Origin: Fimbriosthenelais zetlandica
Taxonomy: Eukaryota
Assembly (NCBI GenBank): GCA_977030845.1
Contig: OZ365110.1
Span: forward strand, 20,584,001-20,648,000
Reading direction: 5' to 3'
DNA length: 64,000 nt
The notes under the pieces are model-generated. The model had not been told where the DNA came from, ran no database searches, and worked only from the letters and a program-made list of their open reading frames with translations. Position 1 is the stretch's first letter, and every line of letters begins with the position of its first letter. Positions 1-12,200 of this stretch are shown piece by piece. Made by a program: the position numbers and the translations under genes.

Positions 1-3000
1 GGGCTTGACATACTTCCGGAACTTCCTGATGATTTCCAGAGCTGGTCTCTCTATTCTTTATCATAAAACATACTTTTATGTACCTTCCGTCTCTTTGGAT
101 TCCAGTGCCATTGTTTTCCAGCTTCTGTTCCCTATAACCTCTGGCTCATAACTTGCTATTTGCGGGGGCTTTAAGAAAAAGGGCTCAGCCTTAACAATCT
201 TCATACATCACTTGGTCACATGCTTGGGCGATAAAATATATACCTGAGGGCATGCTTGTTATTATAGCCATTTATCACCTAAGTCTGCTGTAATCTGGCA
301 CGATGCATATTAAAAAGTATTGCCTTTAAAAAGCCAGCCCCAAATCCTGCATTCTGGTTCGTTATTTATTGCAGATTTTTCTCAATTAAGTGGCACGGTT
401 CTTTCTTATCCTGGAAAGGACAAATTGACTTGTGCTTAGGGCAAGATGAGATTCTAGCTTTACTTTTCATAAAACGTCCTTTTGCAGCTGGAATATTATT
501 GGTACAAGTTTATCTCTGTCACACTGTCCAGAACGTGTTGTACAAGTTAAATTTGACATCTGTCCTGCTAGTTTTTGGTGTTGTATTTCCAGATAATATA
601 ACGGTATTCATTCAGGATAGGAGTCAATACTCGAGTGACTTTCGAATATATACACAAGGGTGGCATACATACCCTGGCATACATTTACATGTCACATCTC
701 TCACCAATGACAAACGTCCAAAACTGACGTCTGCTGTCACATCTCGTGGAACAGCTGTCAAGCTTGGAAACGAATGGTATTATTCATAATGCAATCATGG
801 AAATCAATGCACAACTAGCAGACCATATCCTCTCCAGCAAATGTTGTCATCGACTATGGCCATTTACCAATTATTCCAGTTGGAATCTGGCCACTCAAGT
901 CTTGTCCCATTAAAATGCATATAACCAAAGCATGTAATAGGCTATGCCAATATCTCCAGTAAGAAATGTGTCAGCCAACGGCTCTCTTTTTCCACAAACC
1001 TTAGACCTTGTATTTTATTTTGGGCTTTCTATTTACATAATATTATTCAGTGATACTATTATGCAGCAATGAAGTGTTCCTTAGAAGAAATAAACAGGTC
1101 CCACGGCAGGACTGTCTGAATAAGGAATGGAATATAGAAGAATCTGTGGAGGTGTTTACAGATAAATCCCCTGGGTCCTTCTCACCTCTCCCACTGATGA
1201 GACAATCATGCTTTGCTGTCCCATCTCTTGAGTCCTCGGCAAATTGAGAGCATCAGAGGAATAGGCTTCCTTAAAATGAGACCAGTCCAAATAAGAAACG
1301 CTCAATGGAACTAATACAAAGATACATTGAGGAAACATGGCTCCTGGTCGTGTCTATAAAGTCCTCTTCATTCATCTTCCCAGCTTCACATCCTTGAGTG
1401 TCGCAAAAAGGTTCGATCGATGTTGCGATCGGACTTGGAAGCATTACTAGTGCCCTCTACCACTGTTTTGCTTCGCCGTAGCATGGCCTGGAGAGTAGAT
1501 CCTTCAGACTGGATCCTGAAATCCATACTTCATTACAAGCAGATTTACTTGGACGGCTTCCCTTGAGATCTGCTTTTGCAAGATTCCCAAAGTAACTGCT
1601 CCTGGTGGCCTGGGGAGGTATCATAAGGGATTATTTGCATAAAGAAGAATAGATTGTGCCAGGACGAAAGGGTGTGAGGGTGTGAGTCATTACGAGCAGA
1701 ATTTGAGAGAAACTGTCCTGTGGATTTAGCCTCCAAATACCAGTTGAAAGATGTATGGATTTCCCCCTGTAGTCCTTTTTCAGGAACGCCACTTTACCAA
1801 GTATATTCCTCGGGTTATGAGATTAGACAGAGAGTATCTATTCAAAGAATGACATTCAAGATTGACAGAACATAAAGCACTGTCATAGAACATCTGTGGT
1901 ACCGACATATCTATATCCTATACTTTGTTCTGTACACCTGACTTACATTCGTTCGCCTATCCCTGAAGGGAAGCCGTTATCACGTACGTAACTGAATGAT
2001 TGATGACAACAATTACTTCATTTTTAAAGCAGGAATTAATATTTCTCTCCTGCAAATGCGGAAGGAAGTATGCCATGTATCATGAAAATAAAAAGCAGAA
2101 AGCTATTAAGACATAACTTAAAAGCAAAGAAAACCTAAAGTCGACAAGAAATATATTCTCTGTTATCTCATTAGTTATTGCAGCTGAGGAAATGGATCCA
2201 GGCATGATTCGCCCCCACATCCCCGCTGAGCCAGCTAGTTATACAATGTACTTTTTACACTCTTAATCCTGTTAAGTCTTTTTTGAGGCCCAGACAACGC
2301 TCAGAATTGCAAAAAGGTATGGTTCTGATTTCTATATTATGCTGAGACACGCTACTTCCATGACCTGATCGCATAAACGTGGCGGAGGTATTTGCTTTTA
2401 AAATGATACTGTCCTTAATAACACCTGAAAACACTGACAGCGTATTTTACCTTAAGATCTGGCAATTTCTATTCAATCTCTGTAGCACAAAGAGGGAGTT
2501 AAGCGACAAAAATATCTGAGGAAATTGAGGTTGAAAAAGAACAAAAGCTCAAAAAGATAAGATTAAAATAAGAAACACATGCATAATTAACTAGCCATAA
2601 GCGAGAAAGTAGATAAATTTATAAATAAATTCATAATTATAGAAGCTCAAACAAAGACAGAATGTAAACATATGTCCTGTATAATTAGGAAGAACAGTAC
2701 ATAATCCATCAAATCCATTACATGCTTATTTTCTTCCCAAAGCAACACGTTTCAACATCAAGTACTTTTTGCAAAATTTGATTTTCTCCACGTTCGTTGC
2801 CAAGCCTCATGATGATAGGATGCTGTGCTATAGGAACATTACACCTTGTATTCATTAATTTAAAAGCAGTGCTATGAAATGTATTAAAGATGACATATAA
2901 GTTCATTTCTCTGTGTTTTACCAGATCAAACGAAACTTACTAAGACACCAGCTGTTATCCCCGCCTCTGTTCATATTTGATTTGAACGCAGGTGATTTGG

Positions 3001-6000
3001 CCAGGATAGACACAGTAGCATATTAATTTTTCATCCATGTTCTCCTTCTCCATTCTTCTTACTCTTACTAAGGACATTTTCCTCAATATATATGCAGATA
3101 TCTTCCGACTTTCAGAGAAGGATAAGATAATATAAATGTAAATCCTTGTAAATATGATGACGTTCTCTCCTGCTGCACACATATGAATCTCTTGGCAGGA
3201 AATGATGAGAGGCATTATTTTTTATTAACTGCCTGGCTTTTGCATCTATTCAACATTCATGTAGATATAAAGGACGTTTCGGTGAGTGGTATAACAGTTA
3301 CTGTAAACACGGAACTGTGTGTACACACGATACAAGTTGTTAATAATACATATTATAAGTCATACAAACTTCTGCAGCCAGAGTCAGCAGTCATTATACA
3401 TTCCCTGACTGAACAGAAAATCGCATGAGAAAATCCCGATTTAACGATGAATCAAATGCTGGAATCACGTATACATTGGTATGGACATGTAAAAGTCCAT
3501 TAGAATATTTATTTTGATTTATATATTCCAAGCACAATCTAGCACGATGGAGGCACCGAGATCGGCTTGGCGGAGATGAAGTCTCTGTCACAAGAACTGA
3601 TATATGGCTTCAGGCCGAAGCAACATACATCTATACCCCATACCTGATAGCTGTTCCCAGGAGCTAAGGCGGTGTTAGTTATGCTGTTTAGCCCTTGTTT
3701 GCTCATGCAGGTTCAGGATTTGTCTTGACTGTATAATGTTCAAGCCAAAGTGCATCATTGGAATGTTGAATTCAGTGGGACAATGGAAATGAAACGAACC
3801 CATTTCACCTAAACAGTTCTATACAGGTCTACTTCAGATCTTAGAAGCAAGTTAACGGAATATTTTCTCATATATCATAGCATTCTATGCAAACTAAAAT
3901 GAACATGAAACCTTTACAGAACATCAAAACAAACGGAACCAGAAATTTGAGTTAAAACAAGAACACTAATGCAGGGCAACAGGTAAAATTGTATGAATTC
4001 CTTCTAACTTTGCGTAACATAGCCTTTCAGAGCAGTTGAGCTTTGATATACGGATTCCAACGATATATTTCTGCATCAAATATTTGAATAAAGAATTCAG
4101 ATACAGCAAAGGTTAGGTCAAAAAGGGCTATCTGGAACTCACATGTAGAATGTCATGCAGTATTGATTCTGCATGAGGAACGATTGTTCCAAACAATTAC
4201 ATCTCCCTCTCCTTCAGAGTGGTGTAACGAGGCTCCAGTATCAGTATCTGTGAGTAGGGCATCTGCTTGCATACCCATCTCATCTAGTTTGTTCCAGTAG
4301 CTTCACATACAACATTGAATTTGTATAGGTCTATACATTTGGAAAGAAAACGGAGGCCATAGCTGGAATGGGACATGGGCTGCACTCCTTTATAAATATG
4401 CCTATACATCGTCAACCTTTTTCTCCTTATCTTAAATGCAACTAGGCAATGTTTGATTCTCCCACAGAAAAAAAATCTGTCGACAAGTAGTCATCAATGT
4501 ACCATATTTAAAATGTATAGATCTGAAAAGCAGCGGAACCCAATTTCCCCAAGATAAACTAATGTAGGTTTATTCCAAGCCCTTTCCGTACGGCAATCAC
4601 ACTCCATGAGCCTGGGTCAATGCGTCACATGACAAATCGGGGTGCCCTCTCGTGGTCTCCATGGAATAATGATTTAAGACCTCCCTAACGACGGTCGACC
4701 ATCCATTCCACCAAGCCTATCGATTAAGGAAGGACCCTTTGGTCCTTCGAGCGATTCCAGTGATTTTTGTGCCCCTAATCCCCTCTGCCTCTTCCTACGT
4801 GTCCAGCTCTAGCACCAAAATATGTAGGCCCCAGGGCTTTAAGGCCCCCAGTTGAGGAAACCTGCAAATTAACTGCAAACTGGCATTACCTCTAAATTGT
4901 ACTGTCATCTACAACTTTTCCCTTTTAGCTGAACGCTCGGGAAGCCATTATAAAAAAGCCTGATTTCGGACTGTCGGGAAACGTTGATTTTTCTTTACTG
5001 TTAAAGGTCAGTGAGGCCTTATATATGGAAATCCAGGGACAGGAGGCCTGATGGGATGTTATTTGAGGACTCCACTTTGTACGATAGAGTCGGGTACAGG
5101 AAGGGCTGATGGTTTAGTGAGTTTGGAAGGAGTTAAGATGGTTAGACTCGAGAAACTAGGTTGCACTCTCCCACATATTTCCCTCACATAGAGAGGGAAT
5201 CAATAATTTACCTCATGGAAGACTGAGTGTCTAGCTGCATGAGGAAGTAACAATAATAGGAGGTGAAGAGACGTGATGGCCATTTTGCATGTTGTCCATG
5301 AAGCCATGAGGCTATTGTTTCTTTTGCCTTTTGTGTAATAACCACTGGTTGGCAGTCACGCTGGCTTCATTAGAATCGGAAATGGCTTCAACACCAAGCC
5401 TGGGGGGAGGTGGTCACCACTCAACATCCGAGGCTCCACTTCCACACGCATGCAATACTTTGTTTGGATTACTGTTTGTCATTTCATAATATTTTCCAAT
5501 TAGTTTCAAAATTAGAAAATTTAATGACAAAGGAACCAGCTCTGATCCGCAATTGGAATTCCCCGTCAGTCACTTAGAATACAGTGACATCTCAATCAAA
5601 ACTTTATAGGTCAGCAAGTCTCTCATGCTCCAATGGAGCATTGTCGTAAATTTAAAATCATTTGTTATTCGAATTATTACACGATGCCTTATTATTAAAG
5701 CTAAAGATTCCTTACTACTAAATCTATTGATGAAATAGGCCTAGGCAATTACAGTTAGCGGAAATCGACTGCCGCGCCCCCTCCATTTTAAGTGTGAACT
5801 CCACTTTAGGAGTCATAGCTACTTCCGGAGTTGGTATTGGCCCATAGGGAGTGAATGGTGAGAGAATGGTCTTCCATTGTGCAGAATGCCGTTTAGAGTC
5901 AAGAGAAAACCCTACTGCACATATATATATAATTTTATGAAAGGCAAAACTTTAGTGAAGCTTCCTAGTGGCAGTACTGCAATAAATAGGATGTAAAGGC

Positions 6001-8428
6001 TGCTGAGTAGGGCAGATAAACTGATCTTATGTAAGCCTCTATCCTTATCTGAAATTGCCGTAGTTTCAATATGTTCCCATGTATAATCTACATACTATCA
6101 TTCCAGGGGTGGGGATGATTTAAGATACTGAAAACTCTGGAAGTGGGGCAGCACATGTATTGACTAGTGCATCAGAGCTTTGATACAATTATATAGTAAG
6201 GAAAACCTTTGGGTTTGAAATATATAATTTAACAAATTTGTTTACCATGACCTTTAATTATTTCAGCCTCCCATTTTCAGAATATAGACTCTACTTCTAA
6301 GTTGGGATGCTTTTCCTTCCTCCAGTCCAATAAATAGAAAGTCTTTTCCATCGCTAATAGTCTTCGGGGGACAATATATTGTCAAGGGTCACCTGCAAGT
6401 GCGCAGGCGAGTGCTCGCCTTAAGTAGAGATGGGTCGTTTCCTTTCTAAGCTGTCTCTTAAATGGCTTAGTTTTGTATTTGGTTAATCCTTCAGACGGAA
6501 CCATGGAGATGGAAGTGGGAAGTGTTGGGTCGTATGCTGTTTGTATGTATTTGCAAATCCGTGTATTACTTAATATGGATATAGAATTCGCTTCGAATTT
6601 GGATGTGAAATTATTCGAACAAGATCCATAAATATAATCCACTTGGAAGCGAAGTGGGTAGGATGTTAGCAGAATGTAGCTGTAATTCCCGTATTTGCTT
6701 TGAAAAGTGCTGAGAATCTGCCAGTCATTTAGGAAAATCATATTATATTATTATAGTGATAAGGCATTTGCCTGGCATATCTAGTTTATAACCACCATAT
6801 ATGTAGGCTGAAGGGGGTAGCCTAATCACTGATTATGATCGCCTAACTTCAAGCAAAACATGATGGAGTGGGAAGAGTCGAGACATGTAATTTTCACTTT
6901 TCCTCCTTCCATTATTCACTGACAAAACTTCCATTACTCCCGCGATAACAAGGCTGGTATTTGGTGAGAGGAAACAGCAGGTCCCCCATTTCCGCCACCC
7001 ACTTGATGCCCTACTGGAATTGCAAAAGATGCAATAGTGTGATACAGGTAATATACCAGATACATGCTCTCTCTGTGACCCTCTGACGCATGCCTTCTCC
7101 TCATTATACCCAATATAACTTAAGGCACAGCTCCATTCCACAATGGAACCTACCTTCAAGCAATAACATTAACAATTGTCGGGTCGTATAAGAAGAAAAC
7201 TCGGCGAATGGGGATTGGACGGGTGGCAAAACGACTCATAAATTCAGGTTGAAAAGTCACCGGGGCGCATGATTATCAGGGAAAGAGGGGAGAATGAGAA
7301 AATATTGGGCAGGGCAGAGGAGGCCTAACTGAGATTGGCAGAGGGGCAAGTTTTCTAAATTAAATCGCGTTTTATACTTCTGTCCTTTCCATGCAGGATA
7401 AGGTAGCGCCACTTAATTGAGAAAGAATCTGGAAGAAATTATGAACTAAATAACGTATGTTAGGCCTACTAAATATCATATCATCCTAAATTCTAGACGT
7501 CAGCCTAAACCCCCAAAGCATTTCACAATTTGAACTTCATTCTAATTAAATCTGTCACCTGTCGGACCATTTAATTATGGTTAAAAAAACCGGTGGGAGA
7601 AACAAGAGGAAATGGAGGAGCAGAGAACCCGCATGACAGCGTATAGGAAGCAATTACTGACCGGGACGCATCCTGGATACACGTCGTCAACGTTAGCAAC
7701 GTAACGTCGTGTCAAGTGGAGCTCGGGGACACCTCGGTAAAGAACTCAATTCAAAGAAACTTTCCCAGCAGATAAAACAAATTATTGAGGGGCCCACTTT
7801 ATAAGGCATTGTTAAAACTATAGTTCAAGGCTTTCCGGGTGGCTGCTACAAATAACTGTAGTGAAGGTCGCGCCCTCTTTTGATAACATCATGCAGTAAC
7901 TAAACTTTCCTGACCTGTCCATATCAGGATGACATCTGGTTGTACATTCATGAACAGTCTACTAATGATTTTAAGGCCTTAGGCCGAATAGCAAGTCAAC
8001 TCAGCCGAATAACAGAATATATAGGCATAAGTTTAAATCGTATTGAGTAGACTAGGCTATAGGAATTGATAGATTTTCAAAAATGAAGCAAAAGAATAGA
8101 ATATTTGCAGATCATGAACCAAAGATTTGATCTGCTTCAATAGGCCCAGATTCATAAGCTTATGAAAAATCGAATGATAAATAGACTCCGTCATCTTATC
8201 TCATGCTCAGCCTAGCAAACCTGCAGGCTCACAGGTCAATGAACACTAAAGCAGGGGAAGAAAAGATACCATTGATCATAAAATGAAGTAATATTGCAAA
8301 CAAAGACTGAATAATTGAGTTCTTCCAACAGTTCGTAGAATACAGAAAAACAAGTATAGACAATCGCCAGTATGCGATGGAAATTATCGGAGTATGAATA
8401 CCACCGGAAGAGGATGCGAAATACTCAC

Positions 8429-8490
8429 GGGATCTATTTCCCCCCACAGTTCCGGTTTCCTCATGGTCATTATATTCAGGTCTGATCCAG
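8429..8490 (-). other. Candidate 62-nt exon downstream of ABCG (GSDLNIMTMRKPELWGEIDP or WIRPEYNDHEETGTVGGNRS)
   Basis: Acceptor TTGTTCTAG|, donor CCC|GTGAGT, ATG at 8470 giving MTMRKPELWGEIDP. Not recognised. Confidence 0.2.
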
Positions 8491-8955
8491 CTAGAACAAT
8501 GGTTCAGACAAGATGTAGCTCCCAGTAATCAGTGGTATGAATTATGCACGCTAATTAAGGCCAGATGGCCAATAATTCAATAAGGAAATCAAATCAGTGC
8601 CGGAAAAGCAGCCGTATCTCTTTTCCTTTCTCTCAGCATGGTGGAATAATAATCTACCGATAGGCCTATATAATTTCTTGGAGATCTTGTCTGAACTCCC
8701 CTGAAACATTTCTTTCTACGCAAATTTACAATTATGAATATTTTATGCTCCATCCTCCATCATGCAGATCCGCCATTACTTTCATCAAATCCAAGAATAT
8801 TCTATTTCATTTGAAATAATTACAATTCTTTATGAGAGAAATGGTGTCACACCCATTGATATTAAAGTGTCTACTTTTAATCGTTTTACATAGATTTGTC
8901 CAATCGACATTATTAGAACGTGGTAATAGTTCTCTATTTTAAAGGTATGAACATT

Positions 8956-8961
8956 TTTATT
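8956..8961 (-). terminator. Candidate polyadenylation signal (AATAAA) of the ABCG gene
   Basis: First AATAAA I found on the minus strand after the stop codon at 9208, about 250 nt downstream. Confidence 0.4.
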
Positions 8962-9207
8962 AGTGCTACCCGGACTAATACCTGACTGGAATATTGACCA
9001 GGGTTGAGACCTAAATATTAACAGGTCTACTAGTGTTCACACCCTACACCAGGTGCAGCTGCTGCTGCTCACACAATTCATGTAACCGAGCAACTCTCTC
9101 TGTTTCCGAATACTAACAACAGACGGCGCCGCTATCAAGAGCAGTTCACACAAAAATCACGGAAATTGCGAAAAAAAAATCTCTGTTCTTGCTTGTATAG
9201 TTTTGGT

Positions 9208-12200
9208 TCATAATCTGGTGATACCACTGGGCAAAGCTGTATCGTTTTGAGTTTCATTCACCTCTTTCCTTCCATTTTCATTACCCACAACTGCCTTTCT
9301 TTTGGGGATTTTCTGTAGTTGAATCCTGTATACACTTGAATAGCGTATGCAGAGATAAGAAATCATGGAGTAGAGAGATGTATATCCGATGAGAACACCG
9401 ATACACAGTGCCATGCTAGGTGCTTTAAGGTGCTCCAAAGCCACGGAACCAGGGATGAAGAGAGAGGTGTTGTTTTCCCCCCGACACACTTCAAACATTG
9501 TTGTATTAAGTGGCGCACACCTAAAAGTAATGCATTTGTGCCTTAACATGATGAATGGTTTCTCAGTTGAGGCCAGTCATTATAATCATGGGCCATATAA
9601 TCTAAAACCACTAATAGATTCGAACTTACCTTGTAGTTCTCCCATTCAGATACTCCAAACTGACCAGGGCTTTGTGATGGTAAAATGTATGCGGCACATG
9701 TTGAAACCAGCTGACACCGGAATACATCTTGTCGATGAAGTACCCGCCTTCAAGGATATGAATAAAAGATGATGCGAGTGAATACAAAAATGGAGATATT
9801 TTATATACTATATTGAAATCAGTATATCTAATTTTCATACAAGAATTTAGAACTGAAGAAATAAGTTAGCCTACCTGACACCTTCATGAGTGTCATATAC
9901 AAATATACACTGAACAGTCCAGCAAATACACTCGGCGTTGTCACACCAATTATCGATGCAAACGACTGCAAATGAAAAATATTATTATGAAAATGGCCTA
10001 TTTAAACATTTGGTATACTCTAGAATTTTGGCTTGTCTCATACAAAAACTGAGGTGATAGGTTTCCTTGATTTTATGAACAAGGCTCCTATTTCGATTCA
10101 ATGTGAAGTTTGAAGTGCACAGTTTAAAGTGCACTTCAAACTTCACCAGACCTGTTAAGACATGATTCAAACATGTTTCAAACACATCTTAAGAGGTCTG
10201 GTTCAGTTCCCTTGCCTCGAAAAAATATATTTTTATTCTGAGAACACCCTTTTCTCTGACTTACAAGGGGAACAGTTGAACCAAAGATTAAGAGGCCTAG
10301 ATGGGCAAGGAACATGTCAAATCGTGGGTTCACCGTTGTCATCAGGTAGATGATGGTTGTGAAGATGAATTGATGAAAGACCATGAACAAAGTATTGGTG
10401 GTTAACATGGCTAAGTGATAGGCAGATATTCGGTAGGCTCCTGTACACCTCTCCCGGATAATGACTGGCCTGTCTTTCAAGTCTGAAATTTGCCATTATA
10501 AAATTTGCATGAATTATAAGTATAATAGTTTTCTTTTTGTCTTTCCACCGTGAATTAATAGATCTTGTACGGACCACTTGAGAATTTGTGCGATGATTTT
10601 GTAAAGGGAAAAACATTACTTACATAGAATCATTCCCGTTGCAGAGTAATCGAACATAAAGTAAATCATACTGAAATACCACTGGAATAAAAATTATAAC
10701 ACAGGTGACCCATGTTGCACAGGTTGCTCCAACAGTTTAGCTTAAATGAGCAATGAATTATGTTCACTGACTCTCGTTATAACCATTATGCATTATGAAC
10801 ATTGCTAAATAAGCCGTATTACATTGAAGGATTTTGGCCCAACTAAATGTACTTTCGACAAAATATATTACGATATATTGATACTAGCCTACTTGTATTT
10901 ACCCGGAGGTACAATATTTTATGGAAGAGAATAATAGTCATTACCAGTCCTTCTCTTGACTTGAGATGATTTTCAGTCCATGAAAGCTGGTAAAATACCA
11001 TGCCACCCAATAGTGCAAGAACGACAGTGGAAGCAATCTTGGTTTTTGCCAAGAATGTGAATTTTGACAGAAGGAGGTGTCTGTGGCAAAGTGTCAGGTA
11101 TTGCCTCCAAAAACTTGTTGTCCATTTCCTCTCAACTATAGATAAGTAAAATGAAGCATTAATACTTTGAAACTATCTCAATAGAGAGAGGTAAGATTTA
11201 TTTACATAAATCAAAGAGATTGCCATAATTTCCCATGATAATTAGGAATCCCCCCCCCCCCCATATTTTAGAAAATGCAATAATTAGACGGCAAATCAGA
11301 AACTACAGTACTAGTCATCGTACCCTGGGGATAATATAAACTCTCATTGTTAATGCTATGGAGTATTAACAACGTTGTAAATAATAACGAGATTATGTAG
11401 ACCTACTGTACAAGAAGAATTTCCCATAATTCTTTTGCTCATGGTTGTTTTAAAACGGGCCCCATGTATACAGGTATTTATAACCGTGTGGTTCCTACCT
11501 TCCAGTTCAAAGGGATCAGTATCGGTGGTGCTGCGGCACTTGACATATTTCTTGTCATTTATTCCATGCTCTGAATATGGCCTTTCAGGTCTTCGAAGCT
11601 CGTCGGGCCATTCATCGGCGTATCTTTTAATCATAATTTAATTTAATATTAGAATTATCTAGGTTAGTTGGATTTTACGGGACATCATTGGGGAGGGAAT
11701 TCAGGAGTTATCAGGCTAGTTGTGTTCATAATGATAAGTACTGTACTGTGGAAAGTAATCATTTACCTTTGCATTTTTGCGGCTTCAAGAATGCGATCCG
11801 AGTTGTTTGGATCCTTGACCATTTCCACTAATTTTAAATGAGATAGTGTTACACAATAAAAATAAAATATTTATCATTAAATATATATCTATTATCTTGT
11901 ATTATTCAAATTATAGACTTCAACTGAAATCGACATTCCTGAAAGAATAATGACGTACATATGAAGTCTGCCGGATTGTAGTGCAGAAAACATCTGAGGT
12001 CAAGTTTTTGAAAGTAGCTCAGAACGTCCGTCGCGTTTCCAAAGTAGGCATTCTGATTTAATCAGAATAATAATTGGCAGAATATCAGATAAGAAAACAA
12101 CAGGAATTTAATTTAAAGTAACAGGCTAATTTAACTAACTTTACAACTTAACCATAATTTAGTAGCTTACCTGACCCTGATTGAGAAGCAACACTTTATC

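Noticed and set aside
1-50. Possible minus-strand exon running off the window start (e.g. RPALEIIRKFRKYVKP)
   Set aside because: The acceptor is purine-rich (TAAAGAATAG), all three frames are open over only 50 nt, and nothing is recognisable.
1947-1991. 45-nt minus-strand candidate exon YVRDNGFPSGIGER (cadherin-like DNGFP)
   Set aside because: Five-residue resemblance only, with no neighbouring cadherin sequence.
4929-5006. 78-nt splice-flanked frame LNAREAIIKKPDFGLSGNVDF, resembling kinase LAARN...DFGLS
   Set aside because: Spacing between the two motifs is about 6 residues too short, there is no HRD, and no other kinase exons were found.
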